A stretch of DNA of 24,750 nucleotides from a virus (taxonomy: Duplodnaviria; Caudoviricetes). Numbering within the stretch: the stretch's first letter is position 1; each line of letters begins with the position of its first letter. The notes under the pieces were generated by a model. That model saw only the letters and a program-made list of their open reading frames with translations, was not told the origin of the DNA and made no database searches. Positions 6,601-15,781 of the stretch are shown here, in pieces. The stretch spans positions 1-24,750 of IMG/VR virus record IMGVR_UViG_3300020042_003181. One strand, given 5' to 3'. Position numbers and translations under genes: made by a program.

Positions 6601-9219
6601 ATGGCGGGCGATCTAAGATATTCAATAACCACTGATGTCACAGGCAGTATATCACCACTGCAAAAACTACAATCAGAAGTTAGTAAAACACAGGCTTCTT
6701 TTGGGGATCTCAAAACTGCAATAGGTAGCTTGGCCATTGGTGCCTTTGTTAGCAGCGCCTTTCAGTTAGCAGATAGCCTCAGTGATATCAGTGATGCCAG
6801 CGGCATGGCCCTAAAGAATGTCATGGGCTTCAGCAGTGCCGTTGCTGCCGCAGGTGGCAGTGTTGATGGTGCATTGACTGGCATAGGACGTTTCAATCAG
6901 ACCCTAGCGGCAGCGGCAGATGGCAGCAAACAAAGTCAAAACGCTTTTCTTAGTTTAGGTATAACATTTAAAGAGTTAGAAACTCTAAGTGAACAAGATC
7001 TATTGCGTAGAACCGTACAAGGTTTGGCCAACACAGGTGATGCTGCCAAACGCACTGCATTACAAGTTGACATATTTGGCAAGAGTTTTGCCAGTGTAGA
7101 CTTTGCCAAAGTCAATGGTAACCTTGACGAATTTATCAAGAAGAGTGGCGTTAGTGCTGCCTCAGTGAAAGCCGCAGGTGATGCCAGTGATAATTTTGCA
7201 TCAGCATTTAAGAAATTACAGATAGAATTATTAGCGGCCTTGGAACCAATTAGTAAACTTGCTGCCAGCATCAATACCGCAGGCGAAGCATTTGGTAGTT
7301 TTATCAAAATCATAGTGCAGATTGGCACAGTGGTTGCCAGCTTCTTTATTCTTGGTAGAGCAGTGGCATTGGTCACTGCAGGATTTAGTGCAATATCAGC
7401 AGGGGCTGCGGCCATAGGCACAGGCTTTGCAGTGGTGGTAAATCTATTCCGTAATTTTGGTGCTGTCACAGGACAACTAAATGGTCTAGGTGGCATCTTT
7501 GTTGGCACATTGAAGGTGCTGAGAGCATACCTTAGTGACCTAGGAGCATTTGCTGTTAAAAGCATACCTGGACTTGGTGCCTTGGGTGTGGCATTATCTT
7601 ATGTGTCAGACTATGCCAGCGATGCTTATGATAAACTAAAACAATTATTTGGTCTAGAAGATCCGCGAAATGCTGAAGCTGGCATGTCAAGAGGCACAAG
7701 AGATCCTAAATTTGAAAAAGAAGCGCAGGCAGCAAAAGAAGCTGAGGCAGCAAAATTAAGAGAAATCAAGACTGAAAATCAAAAAATTGCCAGTGAACTA
7801 CAGAAAATCCTGCAAAGCTACAAGGAAACAAATGCAGAGGCCAATAAGAAATTTGCCTTAGACACGGCCGCAATAAATCAAACTGACAAACAGAAATTGG
7901 CAGCACAGGAAAGATTCGCTGCTGAAAAAACTTTCAACCAAGAACTATCTAAACTACAAGATCAAATAAGTCAACGTCGCCAAGCAGGCACGCCTGTGGA
8001 TCTTGCTGTTATCCCACAACTTCAAGAAGCACAGAAGAAATTAACACAAGAATACCAAGCACAGAAAACAGCCATTGATGGATTGGTAGAGTCCAGAATC
8101 AAAGATGAACGTTCAAAACAACTCAGCTTGTTTAACACACAGTCATTCATAGGACTGCAACTAGAAGCAGACAAATTAGCAGAACGTTCTGCTATGCAAC
8201 TATTGCCACTACAGGCCAAAGGTTATCTAGAAGTAGAGTTGGCTGCTCGCCGTAGTGCAGAAGCGGCCATTGCTGCGGAAGAAGCACGTCGTGGTGAGAA
8301 ACTAGATCCTAGTGAAGCCACTCAATATTATCAAGCCGCTAGACAAGGCATAGAAGGTGTAAAAACTGCACAGGATTCATTGAATGCCAGCACTGCTGAA
8401 TACAATCAACTGCAATTCAGTTTGCAAACACAATTCAATCTACAAAAGAAAATCAGAGACATTCAGCATGAAATGAGCACAGCCACTCTCAGCGGCATTG
8501 CCAAGAAGTATGCTGACATTGAGAAAGCTGCCAGAGATGCCGCTGAAGCACAGATACAAGCAGAAGAAGTTCGTACTGGCAAAAATCTTGATGAAAATCA
8601 ACGCAAGGCCTATTATGAAACAGCAAGAAAAGGCATTGAAGAACTTAAACAAGCAGAAACTGAAAGTTATGAAGCCAGCCGTAATGGTCTGACTGGTCTT
8701 AAGAAAGCACTGAATGATTATGTTGATGATGCTACCAATGCTGCCAAGAATGTAGAAAACGTGTTCCGCAAAGCCACACAGGGCATGGAAGACATGATTG
8801 TGAAGTTTGCCAAGACTGGTAAGTTTGAATTCAAAGAGTTTGTAAACTCAATGCTAGAAGATCTACTGCGCAGTCAGATTCGCCAGACCATGGCCAACCT
8901 GTTTACCATGTCAGGCAATCAAGTCAAGGGCGGCGGAGGCGGCTTGTTTGGTGGCAGTATCATACCAGGCATATTGGCAGCAGGTGGTCCTGTTAGTGAT
9001 CGTCGTCCATACATTGTTGGTGAGAGAGGTCCAGAATTGTTTATTCCAAACTCAGCAGGCAGCATGGTGCCCAACAGTGGACTAACCAGTGGCAGCAATG
9101 TCACTTACAATATATCTGCTGTGGATGCCATGAGCTTCAAACAAATGATTGCCAGAGACCCTAGCTTCATACACGCAGTAGCAATGCAAGGTGGCAAAAC
9201 TGTGCCAGCAAGGAGATAA
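6601..9219 (+). CDS. Tail tape measure protein
   Basis: 872 aa, Ala-rich and helical with a central hydrophobic stretch. Lambda-type C-terminal region (DYVDDATNAAK...FAKTGKFEFKEFVNSMLEDL) and AGGPV...YIVGERGPELFIP motif. Confidence 0.93.
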   Translation: MAGDLRYSITTDVTGSISPLQKLQSEVSKTQASFGDLKTAIGSLAIGAFVSSAFQLADSLSDISDASGMALKNVMGFSSAVAAAGGSVDGALTGIGRFNQTLAAAADGSKQSQNAFLSLGITFKELETLSEQDLLRRTVQGLANTGDAAKRTALQVDIFGKSFASVDFAKVNGNLDEFIKKSGVSAASVKAAGDASDNFASAFKKLQIELLAALEPISKLAASINTAGEAFGSFIKIIVQIGTVVASFFILGRAVALVTAGFSAISAGAAAIGTGFAVVVNLFRNFGAVTGQLNGLGGIFVGTLKVLRAYLSDLGAFAVKSIPGLGALGVALSYVSDYASDAYDKLKQLFGLEDPRNAEAGMSRGTRDPKFEKEAQAAKEAEAAKLREIKTENQKIASELQKILQSYKETNAEANKKFALDTAAINQTDKQKLAAQERFAAEKTFNQELSKLQDQISQRRQAGTPVDLAVIPQLQEAQKKLTQEYQAQKTAIDGLVESRIKDERSKQLSLFNTQSFIGLQLEADKLAERSAMQLLPLQAKGYLEVELAARRSAEAAIAAEEARRGEKLDPSEATQYYQAARQGIEGVKTAQDSLNASTAEYNQLQFSLQTQFNLQKKIRDIQHEMSTATLSGIAKKYADIEKAARDAAEAQIQAEEVRTGKNLDENQRKAYYETARKGIEELKQAETESYEASRNGLTGLKKALNDYVDDATNAAKNVENVFRKATQGMEDMIVKFAKTGKFEFKEFVNSMLEDLLRSQIRQTMANLFTMSGNQVKGGGGGLFGGSIIPGILAAGGPVSDRRPYIVGERGPELFIPNSAGSMVPNSGLTSGSNVTYNISAVDAMSFKQMIARDPSFIHAVAMQGGKTVPARR

Positions 9220-9222
9220 TAC

Positions 9223-9603
9223 ATGAGTTTTCAATGGATCGTAAACAGATCAGAAAGTCTAAGCATAAATCGCAAACGCATGGTTGCCAGCACCACAGCA
9301 CGTGACGGCATTGTGCGAACTGTGAGTCGTGGCACACAGCCTAAACGATTTGAAATCAAAGTTCCAGATGGTATCTACTGGAGTGATATCCGCACAGATA
9401 TAGTAGCGGCAGAAGCACTAGATAGAATAACCACTGCAACAATTTCCATACCCTATACCAAGTTTCCTTGGTATTATGGCAACACAGCACCAGCCAGTGA
9501 TGAAAGTTATACCGTTCGCTGCATACAATTTCCTGAGTGGGTTATTTTTGCTCGCAACCAAGTGAGTTGGAGCGGTGCGTTTGTGTTTCAAGAGGTGTTA
9601 TAA
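9223..9603 (+). CDS. Putative distal tail protein
   Basis: 126 aa directly after the tape measure gene, ending in ...FVFQEVL as many Dit/gpM-like proteins do. Assignment rests on synteny. Confidence 0.6.
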   Translation: MSFQWIVNRSESLSINRKRMVASTTARDGIVRTVSRGTQPKRFEIKVPDGIYWSDIRTDIVAAEALDRITTATISIPYTKFPWYYGNTAPASDESYTVRCIQFPEWVIFARNQVSWSGAFVFQEVL

Positions 9604-10184
9604 TGGCAGTGCTTGATCTCAACAGCACCTATGCCATACAGACACACCTGTTTGTGAAGATTACTCTTGCTGCCAGCACTCTGCTCTTCAGCGATAGGAT
9701 CACAGCTACAACCATTAGCGGCAGCACCTACACTGGACTTGGTAAACTGTTGGCAGTCAGCGGCAGCAACAGTGAAATCCGCAGCAGTGGTCAGGATCTC
9801 AGCATCAGCATCAGTGGTGTGCCAAACTCAAGTATCACTGACATACTATCTTCCAGCATCAAAGGCAGTCCTGTGGTCATACTCAGAGGATTGTACAATG
9901 CCAGCAACGACACTTTCCTAAGCAGTCTTGCTGGCAATCCTATCATAAGATTCAGTGGTTACATCAACAACATTGGCTATGAAGAAGACTATGACATTGA
10001 AAACAGAATCAGTTCTAACACAGTAGTGTTTACCTGTGCCAGCAATGTTGATGTATTAGAAAACAAAATAGCCAGCAGAAAAACCAACAGTGAAAGCCAC
10101 AAGAAGTTCTTTGCCACAGATGTCAGCATGGATCGCGTGTCCGCACTAGAAAACAGTTTCTTTGACTTTGGAGCCAAACTATGA
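9603..10184 (+). CDS. Minor tail / baseplate hub protein (gpL/DUF2163-like)
   Basis: More likely start is ATG 9603 (TAATG overlap, GAGG RBS), giving 193 aa MAVLDLNST. Contains YTGLGKLLAVS, LSISISGV and RKTNSESHKKFF...D.SMDRV. Confidence 0.65.
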   Translation: MAVLDLNSTYAIQTHLFVKITLAASTLLFSDRITATTISGSTYTGLGKLLAVSGSNSEIRSSGQDLSISISGVPNSSITDILSSSIKGSPVVILRGLYNASNDTFLSSLAGNPIIRFSGYINNIGYEEDYDIENRISSNTVVFTCASNVDVLENKIASRKTNSESHKKFFATDVSMDRVSALENSFFDFGAKL

Positions 10185-10963
10185 GTTTCTTAGATGATGT
10201 GGTTGACTTTGGTTCCAAGATATACAACAGCGTCAGCAGTTCAAACATTGCATCCAGCATAGCCAAAACTGCGGCACTGGGATTTCTTGTTAATCAAGTC
10301 AGCAACAGTGTAAACAAGAAAAGCAGTTTGCCTCAGGCATCGCAGACTTCACAACCAGATAGATCAGTTCGTGAGCAGATGAGTCCAGATACCAATCACA
10401 GCATACCTGTGGTCTATGGCACTGGCTATCTCAAAGGCATTATCACAGATGCTGTAATGAGCAATGACAACAAGACCATGACCTACTGCATAACCATCTG
10501 TGAGAAAACAGGCATCAAACTTTCAGACAGCGCAGACAGTGTGATCACATTTGACAAGATCTATTTGAACAGCAACGAAGTTCAATTCAACAATGACGGA
10601 CTCACAGTTCTAAGCACCACTGATGAGGACGGCAACACAGACAACACCATGAATGGACTCATACGCATCTACTGTTTCAACAATGGCGGTAGTTCACCTG
10701 TGGTACCTGTGGGATATGCTAATGGTTCTTTGGGATATGCTTATAGTGTATTCCCAGGATGGACAGCCAATCACACCATGACCAGCACAGTGTTTGCCAT
10801 TGTGGTTGTTGAATACAACAAAGAAAAAAACATCACCAGTCTTGGTGAATTGGAATTTAAACTAACTAATTCTATGACTCTACCTGGTGATGTGCTAAAT
10901 GACTACATGAAATCCACACGATACGGTGCGGGACTAACAGATCAGGAGATTTACAGCGCATGA
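10181..10963 (+). CDS. Tail tip protein (gpJ-like), N-terminal part
   Basis: IPVVYG motif near the start and C-terminal PGDVLNDYMKSTRYGAGL, both characteristic of the N-terminal half of J-like tip proteins. Confidence 0.7.
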   Translation: MSFLDDVVDFGSKIYNSVSSSNIASSIAKTAALGFLVNQVSNSVNKKSSLPQASQTSQPDRSVREQMSPDTNHSIPVVYGTGYLKGIITDAVMSNDNKTMTYCITICEKTGIKLSDSADSVITFDKIYLNSNEVQFNNDGLTVLSTTDEDGNTDNTMNGLIRIYCFNNGGSSPVVPVGYANGSLGYAYSVFPGWTANHTMTSTVFAIVVVEYNKEKNITSLGELEFKLTNSMTLPGDVLNDYMKSTRYGAGLTDQEIYSA

Positions 10964-13302
10964 ACAGCCTAACAGAATTAAATGGATTTGTCAACGGATT
11001 TTCATTGCCTTACACTGATGTGAGATTGGCCAATGTGATATTTGACAGACCAAATCCAGTAAATCAAACACAGAGCGTGGACAGAGGTTTTACAATTACA
11101 GGCAGCGTAGGCATTGATATTATAGAAATATTAAATGCCGCCAACAGCACACCAAGTTATCAAATTGATTTATCAGGATTGGCCTCAGCCAGTTTGTCAT
11201 ATGCCAGTGTGCCAGCTGGTGTCACAGTGACTGAAACTGCGCCAAGAGTCTATGTGATCACAGGATTCACAGACAAGGCCACTTGGGATCTTATCAAATC
11301 ACCTACGATTGATTTTGCAGATGATTTTGTAGGTGCATGGACCTACACTTCAACTATATCATATGTCAGCGCCTTAGACGGTGGACAGACTCGTTCGTGG
11401 ACCACAGCAGTCACTGTGAATGCCGTGTTGTTGCTCACAGCGCCTACACAGTTTGTCTATGCGCTAAGTGCAGTGACTGCTATCACTGGTGCTCCTAATT
11501 TAGGTAATCTTGATGCTGCCTATCCAGGCGTTACTTTTACAGTGACCGTAACCCCAAGTATTATTTCCAGCATAAACACATTCACAACCACTGGCACAGG
11601 TGGATCATTCTCAGTGAATGCATCTACCAAAGTTATTACTATCTCAGGAACCAGAACACAGGTCAACAGTCGCATAAATGGTCTAAGAATTGATGCAAAC
11701 GCTGTGGCAGTAGATTTTGCCTTGACCTATAGTGTTACTAACAATCTAAATGGAGTCACTGATTCGCGTAGTCAAACTTTGATATCAGCAGGATTGGCTA
11801 TATTAGCAGCGGTTACACAGGTTCAGATATACTACAATGAAGACACTGCGTTTTTGCTCACAGGCGCACCTATTATCAATGACGTAGGGTTTGATGGCAC
11901 TGGCACATATGGTTACACAATTACACCTAGCACCACAAGTGCTATCAGCACTATCGCAGTCACAGGTTCAGGTGGCACAGTGTCATTTAACAATTCCACA
12001 AAGGTGTTAACCATAACTGGGTCACGCTCAGAAATCAATGCAAGACTGTCATTGATCACAATAACTCCAGGTGTGGATTTTGCCAGCAATTTTACTCTGT
12101 CATATGCCTGCAGTACGCCAAGAGCAGACACGGCCACCAAGGTGCAGGTTGTGAGTATTGGCAGCACTGACACTGAAATTGTTAATATGAATGTGAATCG
12201 CAATTTCTTGGCCAATGCCAGCAACTCTATTTTTGCAACCACTACTCCTCAAATCAGTGACAATGATGCTACTAATCCCTCATACACTGTGGTGTTTAAT
12301 TCTACTAATGGCACATTTAGTTATTCAACCAGTCTCAGCCCAGTCATAGACAGTGGAGCATCAAGTCCATTGAGTATCACTGGCACAAAAACATTTATCA
12401 ATGACAGATTCAGCAGTGTGAAATTTTACCCCACTGTGAATTTCAGTGGCAACACCACATTCACTTACACACAGTTCAAGAATGGTGTGCAACAAGTTTC
12501 TCAGACTGTGGCATTGATAGGCGCAGCTAATTCATTTGCCACAGTGCTTATTAATATTCTTGCCAGTCAGACATATACACCAACTCCTGAGTTGTTGTTG
12601 TATTCACAGTATGAAATTGTGTTAGTAGGTGGTGGTGGTGGCGGCGGAGCCTTTAATGGTGCAGGCGGCGGCGGCGCCGCAGTGACCACTGCTGTTAATC
12701 AACAATGGATTAATCAAACTTATAATGCGGTGATTGGAGCAGGTGGAGCAGGTGGCACATTTATACCATATGACGAGGTTCCTAATTCACAAAAGACTGA
12801 AGTTTATTCAGGAAAAAATGGCACAGCAACAACTTTTGCAGGATTATCTGCTGCTGGTGGTTTGGGAGCAACTTCAATTTACAATACTTCCACTGGGAAT
12901 ATGCCGCAGGTGGGAGGAACCAGTGGTAATGGCAATGCTGGCGCAGGCTCATTTACAGGCACTGGTGGCTCATCACGCGGAGGTGGCGGAGGTGGCGGAG
13001 GCGGTGTAGGTCTAGGAAGTCCTAATGGTGTAGGTGGTGCAGCAGTGGCTCACACGTTTAGTGTGCCCTACAGTGGCGGAGGTGGGGCAATACAACTGTT
13101 CAATCTAGGGCGTGGGGGTCAAGGCAATGGCAATTCAAGATCAGCACAAAATGGTTATGGTGGAGGCGGTATTGTGGGTGACTTAAATGGTCAAGACGGT
13201 AGTCCAGGTAATGCCAACGTCTACGGAGCAGGCGGCGGCGGCGGTAGAGCAGGCGGTGCTGGCAGCCAAGGCAGAATTGTTATTGTAGCTTACCAAAGAT
13301 AG
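10960..13302 (+). CDS. Tail-associated protein with Ig-like repeats and C-terminal glycine-rich domain
   Basis: 780 aa. Three repeats of ITISGTRTQVN/LTITGSRSEIN/LSITGTKTFIN, then LVGGGGGGG...IGAGGAGG...YGAGGGGG...GSQGRIVIVAY, the typical phage Gly-rich fibre domain. Confidence 0.75.
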   Translation: MNSLTELNGFVNGFSLPYTDVRLANVIFDRPNPVNQTQSVDRGFTITGSVGIDIIEILNAANSTPSYQIDLSGLASASLSYASVPAGVTVTETAPRVYVITGFTDKATWDLIKSPTIDFADDFVGAWTYTSTISYVSALDGGQTRSWTTAVTVNAVLLLTAPTQFVYALSAVTAITGAPNLGNLDAAYPGVTFTVTVTPSIISSINTFTTTGTGGSFSVNASTKVITISGTRTQVNSRINGLRIDANAVAVDFALTYSVTNNLNGVTDSRSQTLISAGLAILAAVTQVQIYYNEDTAFLLTGAPIINDVGFDGTGTYGYTITPSTTSAISTIAVTGSGGTVSFNNSTKVLTITGSRSEINARLSLITITPGVDFASNFTLSYACSTPRADTATKVQVVSIGSTDTEIVNMNVNRNFLANASNSIFATTTPQISDNDATNPSYTVVFNSTNGTFSYSTSLSPVIDSGASSPLSITGTKTFINDRFSSVKFYPTVNFSGNTTFTYTQFKNGVQQVSQTVALIGAANSFATVLINILASQTYTPTPELLLYSQYEIVLVGGGGGGGAFNGAGGGGAAVTTAVNQQWINQTYNAVIGAGGAGGTFIPYDEVPNSQKTEVYSGKNGTATTFAGLSAAGGLGATSIYNTSTGNMPQVGGTSGNGNAGAGSFTGTGGSSRGGGGGGGGGVGLGSPNGVGGAAVAHTFSVPYSGGGGAIQLFNLGRGGQGNGNSRSAQNGYGGGGIVGDLNGQDGSPGNANVYGAGGGGGRAGGAGSQGRIVIVAYQR

Positions 13303-13314
13303 GATTAAAAAAAT

Positions 13315-15195
13315 ATGCCAACACTTTATGCTCCCTTAAAAATCAACGGTGTGATCAGCACAGATAAAACTGTGTTGCAGAATCTCAATGATATCTGCAA
13401 TGCCTGCGGTGCATTCTTGACCTTTGACATCAGCCAAGGCAAATGGTCAGTGGTCATAAACACCACTGGTTCCAGTATCAAAAGCTACAGTGATTCAAAC
13501 ATCATTGGTGCCATCACAGTGAGTGAGACTGGTGTCAATGAATTATACAACAGTGCTACTTTTGAATTTCCACACAAGAGTCTAAGAGATCAAACTGATT
13601 TTGTAGAAGTAGTGATACCATCAGGCGACAGACTGCCCAACGAAATTGAAAATCCCCTGCAGTTACAGAGTCAGTTGATCAATGATCCTGTACAGGCTCA
13701 ATACATTGCTGCCATAGAACTAAAACAAAAACGCCTAAACAAAATAATTCAATTTACCACGGACTACACCAGTCTTGGTCTAAAGGCAGGTGATCTCATT
13801 GATGTGACTGCTGCCATGTATGGCTTTAGCTCAAAGGTATTCCGCGTTACCAAAATAGAAGAAGTAGATGATGATGTCATTGGCATCAACATCACTGGCA
13901 TGGAATACAGCGCAGATGTCTACAGCACCGCTGGTTTGGTGTTCAAAGAAAGAACCAAAAAAACAGGCATCTTACTACGACAGCAGAATGATGTGATCAA
14001 AGAGTTAGAGGATGCTGGTGTGGCTGGCAGCATTGGTAGAATGATTGCTGCCAATATAGGTCTAGGTATTGCCAACAACTTGCTGAACAAATTGTTTGGA
14101 CGTAATCAGATAGGCACTGATGCCAATGGCAATCCCATATATTCAAGACAGACCAAACCCGCTAACACCGCAGCTGAAGAATTAGACGCAGTGTTAGCTG
14201 GTGCCAAAAAACCAGCACTTCAAACCATAAGCGCAGGTGGCACACTCTGTGAAGGTGCCTCAAAGACCATCACTGTTGGACACAGTTGCACCAGTTGTTT
14301 GTTTGACATTCCCCCATTAAATTATGCATACACTATAACTGGTATATCCGCAGGTGACATCAACATAGCACTAACTGGTAATGTATTAGTGACAAATGGT
14401 GTGGGCTCTTTGACATTTACTGCTACCAATGATGCCACAGCAGAAGGCGGTGGCACTGGCTTTGAAACTGCCACAGTGACCATAGGCGGTTTGAGCACCA
14501 CTGTACAAATTTATGATAGTTCAGACTCAGGTCTAGTTTCAGCCACCCCTAATAATGCCAGCATCACAGAAGGCGGAAGTTCAATAGTCACACTCACAGC
14601 AAGTGGTGTAGCTCTTAATGCTGTGATCCCATATGTTATATCAGGAAGTGCCACAGCTAAGGTATCAAGTCCTACACTAAGTGGCACAGTGACTACCAGC
14701 AGTGGCACAGCAACCTTGACTATCTCAACCACAGATGATGGAGTTTATCAAGGAACACAGGGCCTAACTGTGACATTTGGTACTTCAAGTGCCAACCCAT
14801 GTGCAACTGGCGCTACCGTATCAACCAGTATCACTGTATTAGACAATGAAGCAGCACCGCCTACACCGCCAGCAGATGTGGTTAGACAATATATTTCAAC
14901 TCCTGTGGTTTGGAGCGGATCATATGATGGTACTACAGGGCAATTAAAATCCATAAGTGTGCTTCAGAGTGCATTTATGCCTGTGCCCTTTGCAGGTGAG
15001 CCTACTGCCAATGTGCCGTTGACACTTAGCGTTTCACAAGGCAATCCAAGTTCTATCACAGTGACATCAACTAGATCAATAAGCACAGTAGCAACACTAG
15101 GCGGAACATTGTTAGAACCAATCACTTCTTTTAACACTGTGGCACCAAACACTGCCATCACAGGAACCAGAGCAGCCATATTTGGATATTATTAA
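13315..15195 (+). CDS. Tail tip protein (gpJ-like), hub/C-terminal part with Calx-beta/Ig-like domains
   Basis: Begins KINGVISTDKTVLQNL...GKWSVVIN and contains LKAGDLIDVT...FRVTKIEE...EYSADVY (J-like hub). Followed by DATAEG..ETATV and SITEG...DDGVYQG..ITVLDNE repeats. Confidence 0.75.
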   Translation: MPTLYAPLKINGVISTDKTVLQNLNDICNACGAFLTFDISQGKWSVVINTTGSSIKSYSDSNIIGAITVSETGVNELYNSATFEFPHKSLRDQTDFVEVVIPSGDRLPNEIENPLQLQSQLINDPVQAQYIAAIELKQKRLNKIIQFTTDYTSLGLKAGDLIDVTAAMYGFSSKVFRVTKIEEVDDDVIGINITGMEYSADVYSTAGLVFKERTKKTGILLRQQNDVIKELEDAGVAGSIGRMIAANIGLGIANNLLNKLFGRNQIGTDANGNPIYSRQTKPANTAAEELDAVLAGAKKPALQTISAGGTLCEGASKTITVGHSCTSCLFDIPPLNYAYTITGISAGDINIALTGNVLVTNGVGSLTFTATNDATAEGGGTGFETATVTIGGLSTTVQIYDSSDSGLVSATPNNASITEGGSSIVTLTASGVALNAVIPYVISGSATAKVSSPTLSGTVTTSSGTATLTISTTDDGVYQGTQGLTVTFGTSSANPCATGATVSTSITVLDNEAAPPTPPADVVRQYISTPVVWSGSYDGTTGQLKSISVLQSAFMPVPFAGEPTANVPLTLSVSQGNPSSITVTSTRSISTVATLGGTLLEPITSFNTVAPNTAITGTRAAIFGYY

Positions 15196-15253
15196 TCTTT
15201 TATCTGCTTTTTTCAGTGATTATTGCTGAAATTGATTGATTTTTGAGGTTTCA

Positions 15254-15261
15254 TATAAATA
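15254..15261 (+). promoter_or_regulatory. T4-type late promoter motif TATAAATA
   Basis: Exact TATAAATA in the intergenic gap upstream of 15335, with no -35 hexamer. Confidence 0.7.
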
Positions 15262-15263
15262 CA

Positions 15264-15317
15264 TTGGGAGCACTGCTCCCAACAGACAACCATATGTTGT
15301 CTGAGTAGACAACATAT
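15264..15317 (+). promoter_or_regulatory. Structured 5' leader: palindrome plus two mutually exclusive hairpins
   Basis: TTGGGAGCA-C-TGCTCCCAA (15264-15282). CAGACAAC/GTTGTCTG (15283-15303) competes with ATATGTTGTCT/AGACAACATAT (15292-15317). Confidence 0.6.
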
Positions 15318-15334
15318 AACACAAGGAGACTACC

Positions 15335-15721
15335 ATGTCCGCAGCATCAAACTTTACAGAAAATCTTGCATTAAAATTCCTATTAGGCGTCAACACCACA
15401 GCAACCCGTCCTGCTGCTCATTATGTGGCATTGTTCACCACTGCTACCAATGATGCAGGCGGCGGTACAGAATGCACAGGCACTAACTATGCTCGTCAGT
15501 CCGTGGCTTTCACAGTCACTGATGACACAGCCACAAACTCAGCCACGGTGACATTCCCAGCAGCTGGTAACTCATGGGGTACTATCACTCACCTTGCAGT
15601 GTATGATGCTTCTACCAGTGGCAATCAATTGTTCCATGGCGCAGTCACAGTTTCCAAGTTGATAGAAAGCGGCGATACTTTCCAGATTTCTGCTTCCAAT
15701 CTTTCTATTACTCTAGCCTAA
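15335..15721 (+). CDS. Small virion structural (fibre-associated) protein
   Basis: 128 aa with YVALFT...GGGTE..GTNYARQSVAF...FPAA..SWGTITH.AVYDA.TSGN.L, a widespread phage structural family. RBS AAGGAG. Confidence 0.75.
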   Translation: MSAASNFTENLALKFLLGVNTTATRPAAHYVALFTTATNDAGGGTECTGTNYARQSVAFTVTDDTATNSATVTFPAAGNSWGTITHLAVYDASTSGNQLFHGAVTVSKLIESGDTFQISASNLSITLA

Positions 15722-15730
15722 TAGACTCAC

Positions 15731-15762
15731 AGAGGGTGTTAGTGTTCTAGCACCCTCTTTTT
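15731..15762 (+). terminator. Rho-independent terminator
   Basis: AGAGGGTGTTAG (15731-15742) pairs with CTAGCACCCTCT (15747-15758): 12 bp with one G:U, then a T run. Confidence 0.75.
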
Positions 15763-15781
15763 ACTTACAAGGAGAGTTTTA

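Noticed and set aside
9537-9602. Track start at 9537 for the hub protein
   Set aside because: It overlaps the upstream gene by 67 nt. ATG 9603 has a GAGG RBS and the TAATG coupling used elsewhere in this window.
12628-13260. GGT/GGC/GGA runs as simple-sequence repeats or G-quadruplexes
   Set aside because: They are explained by poly-Gly codons of the glycine-rich domain.
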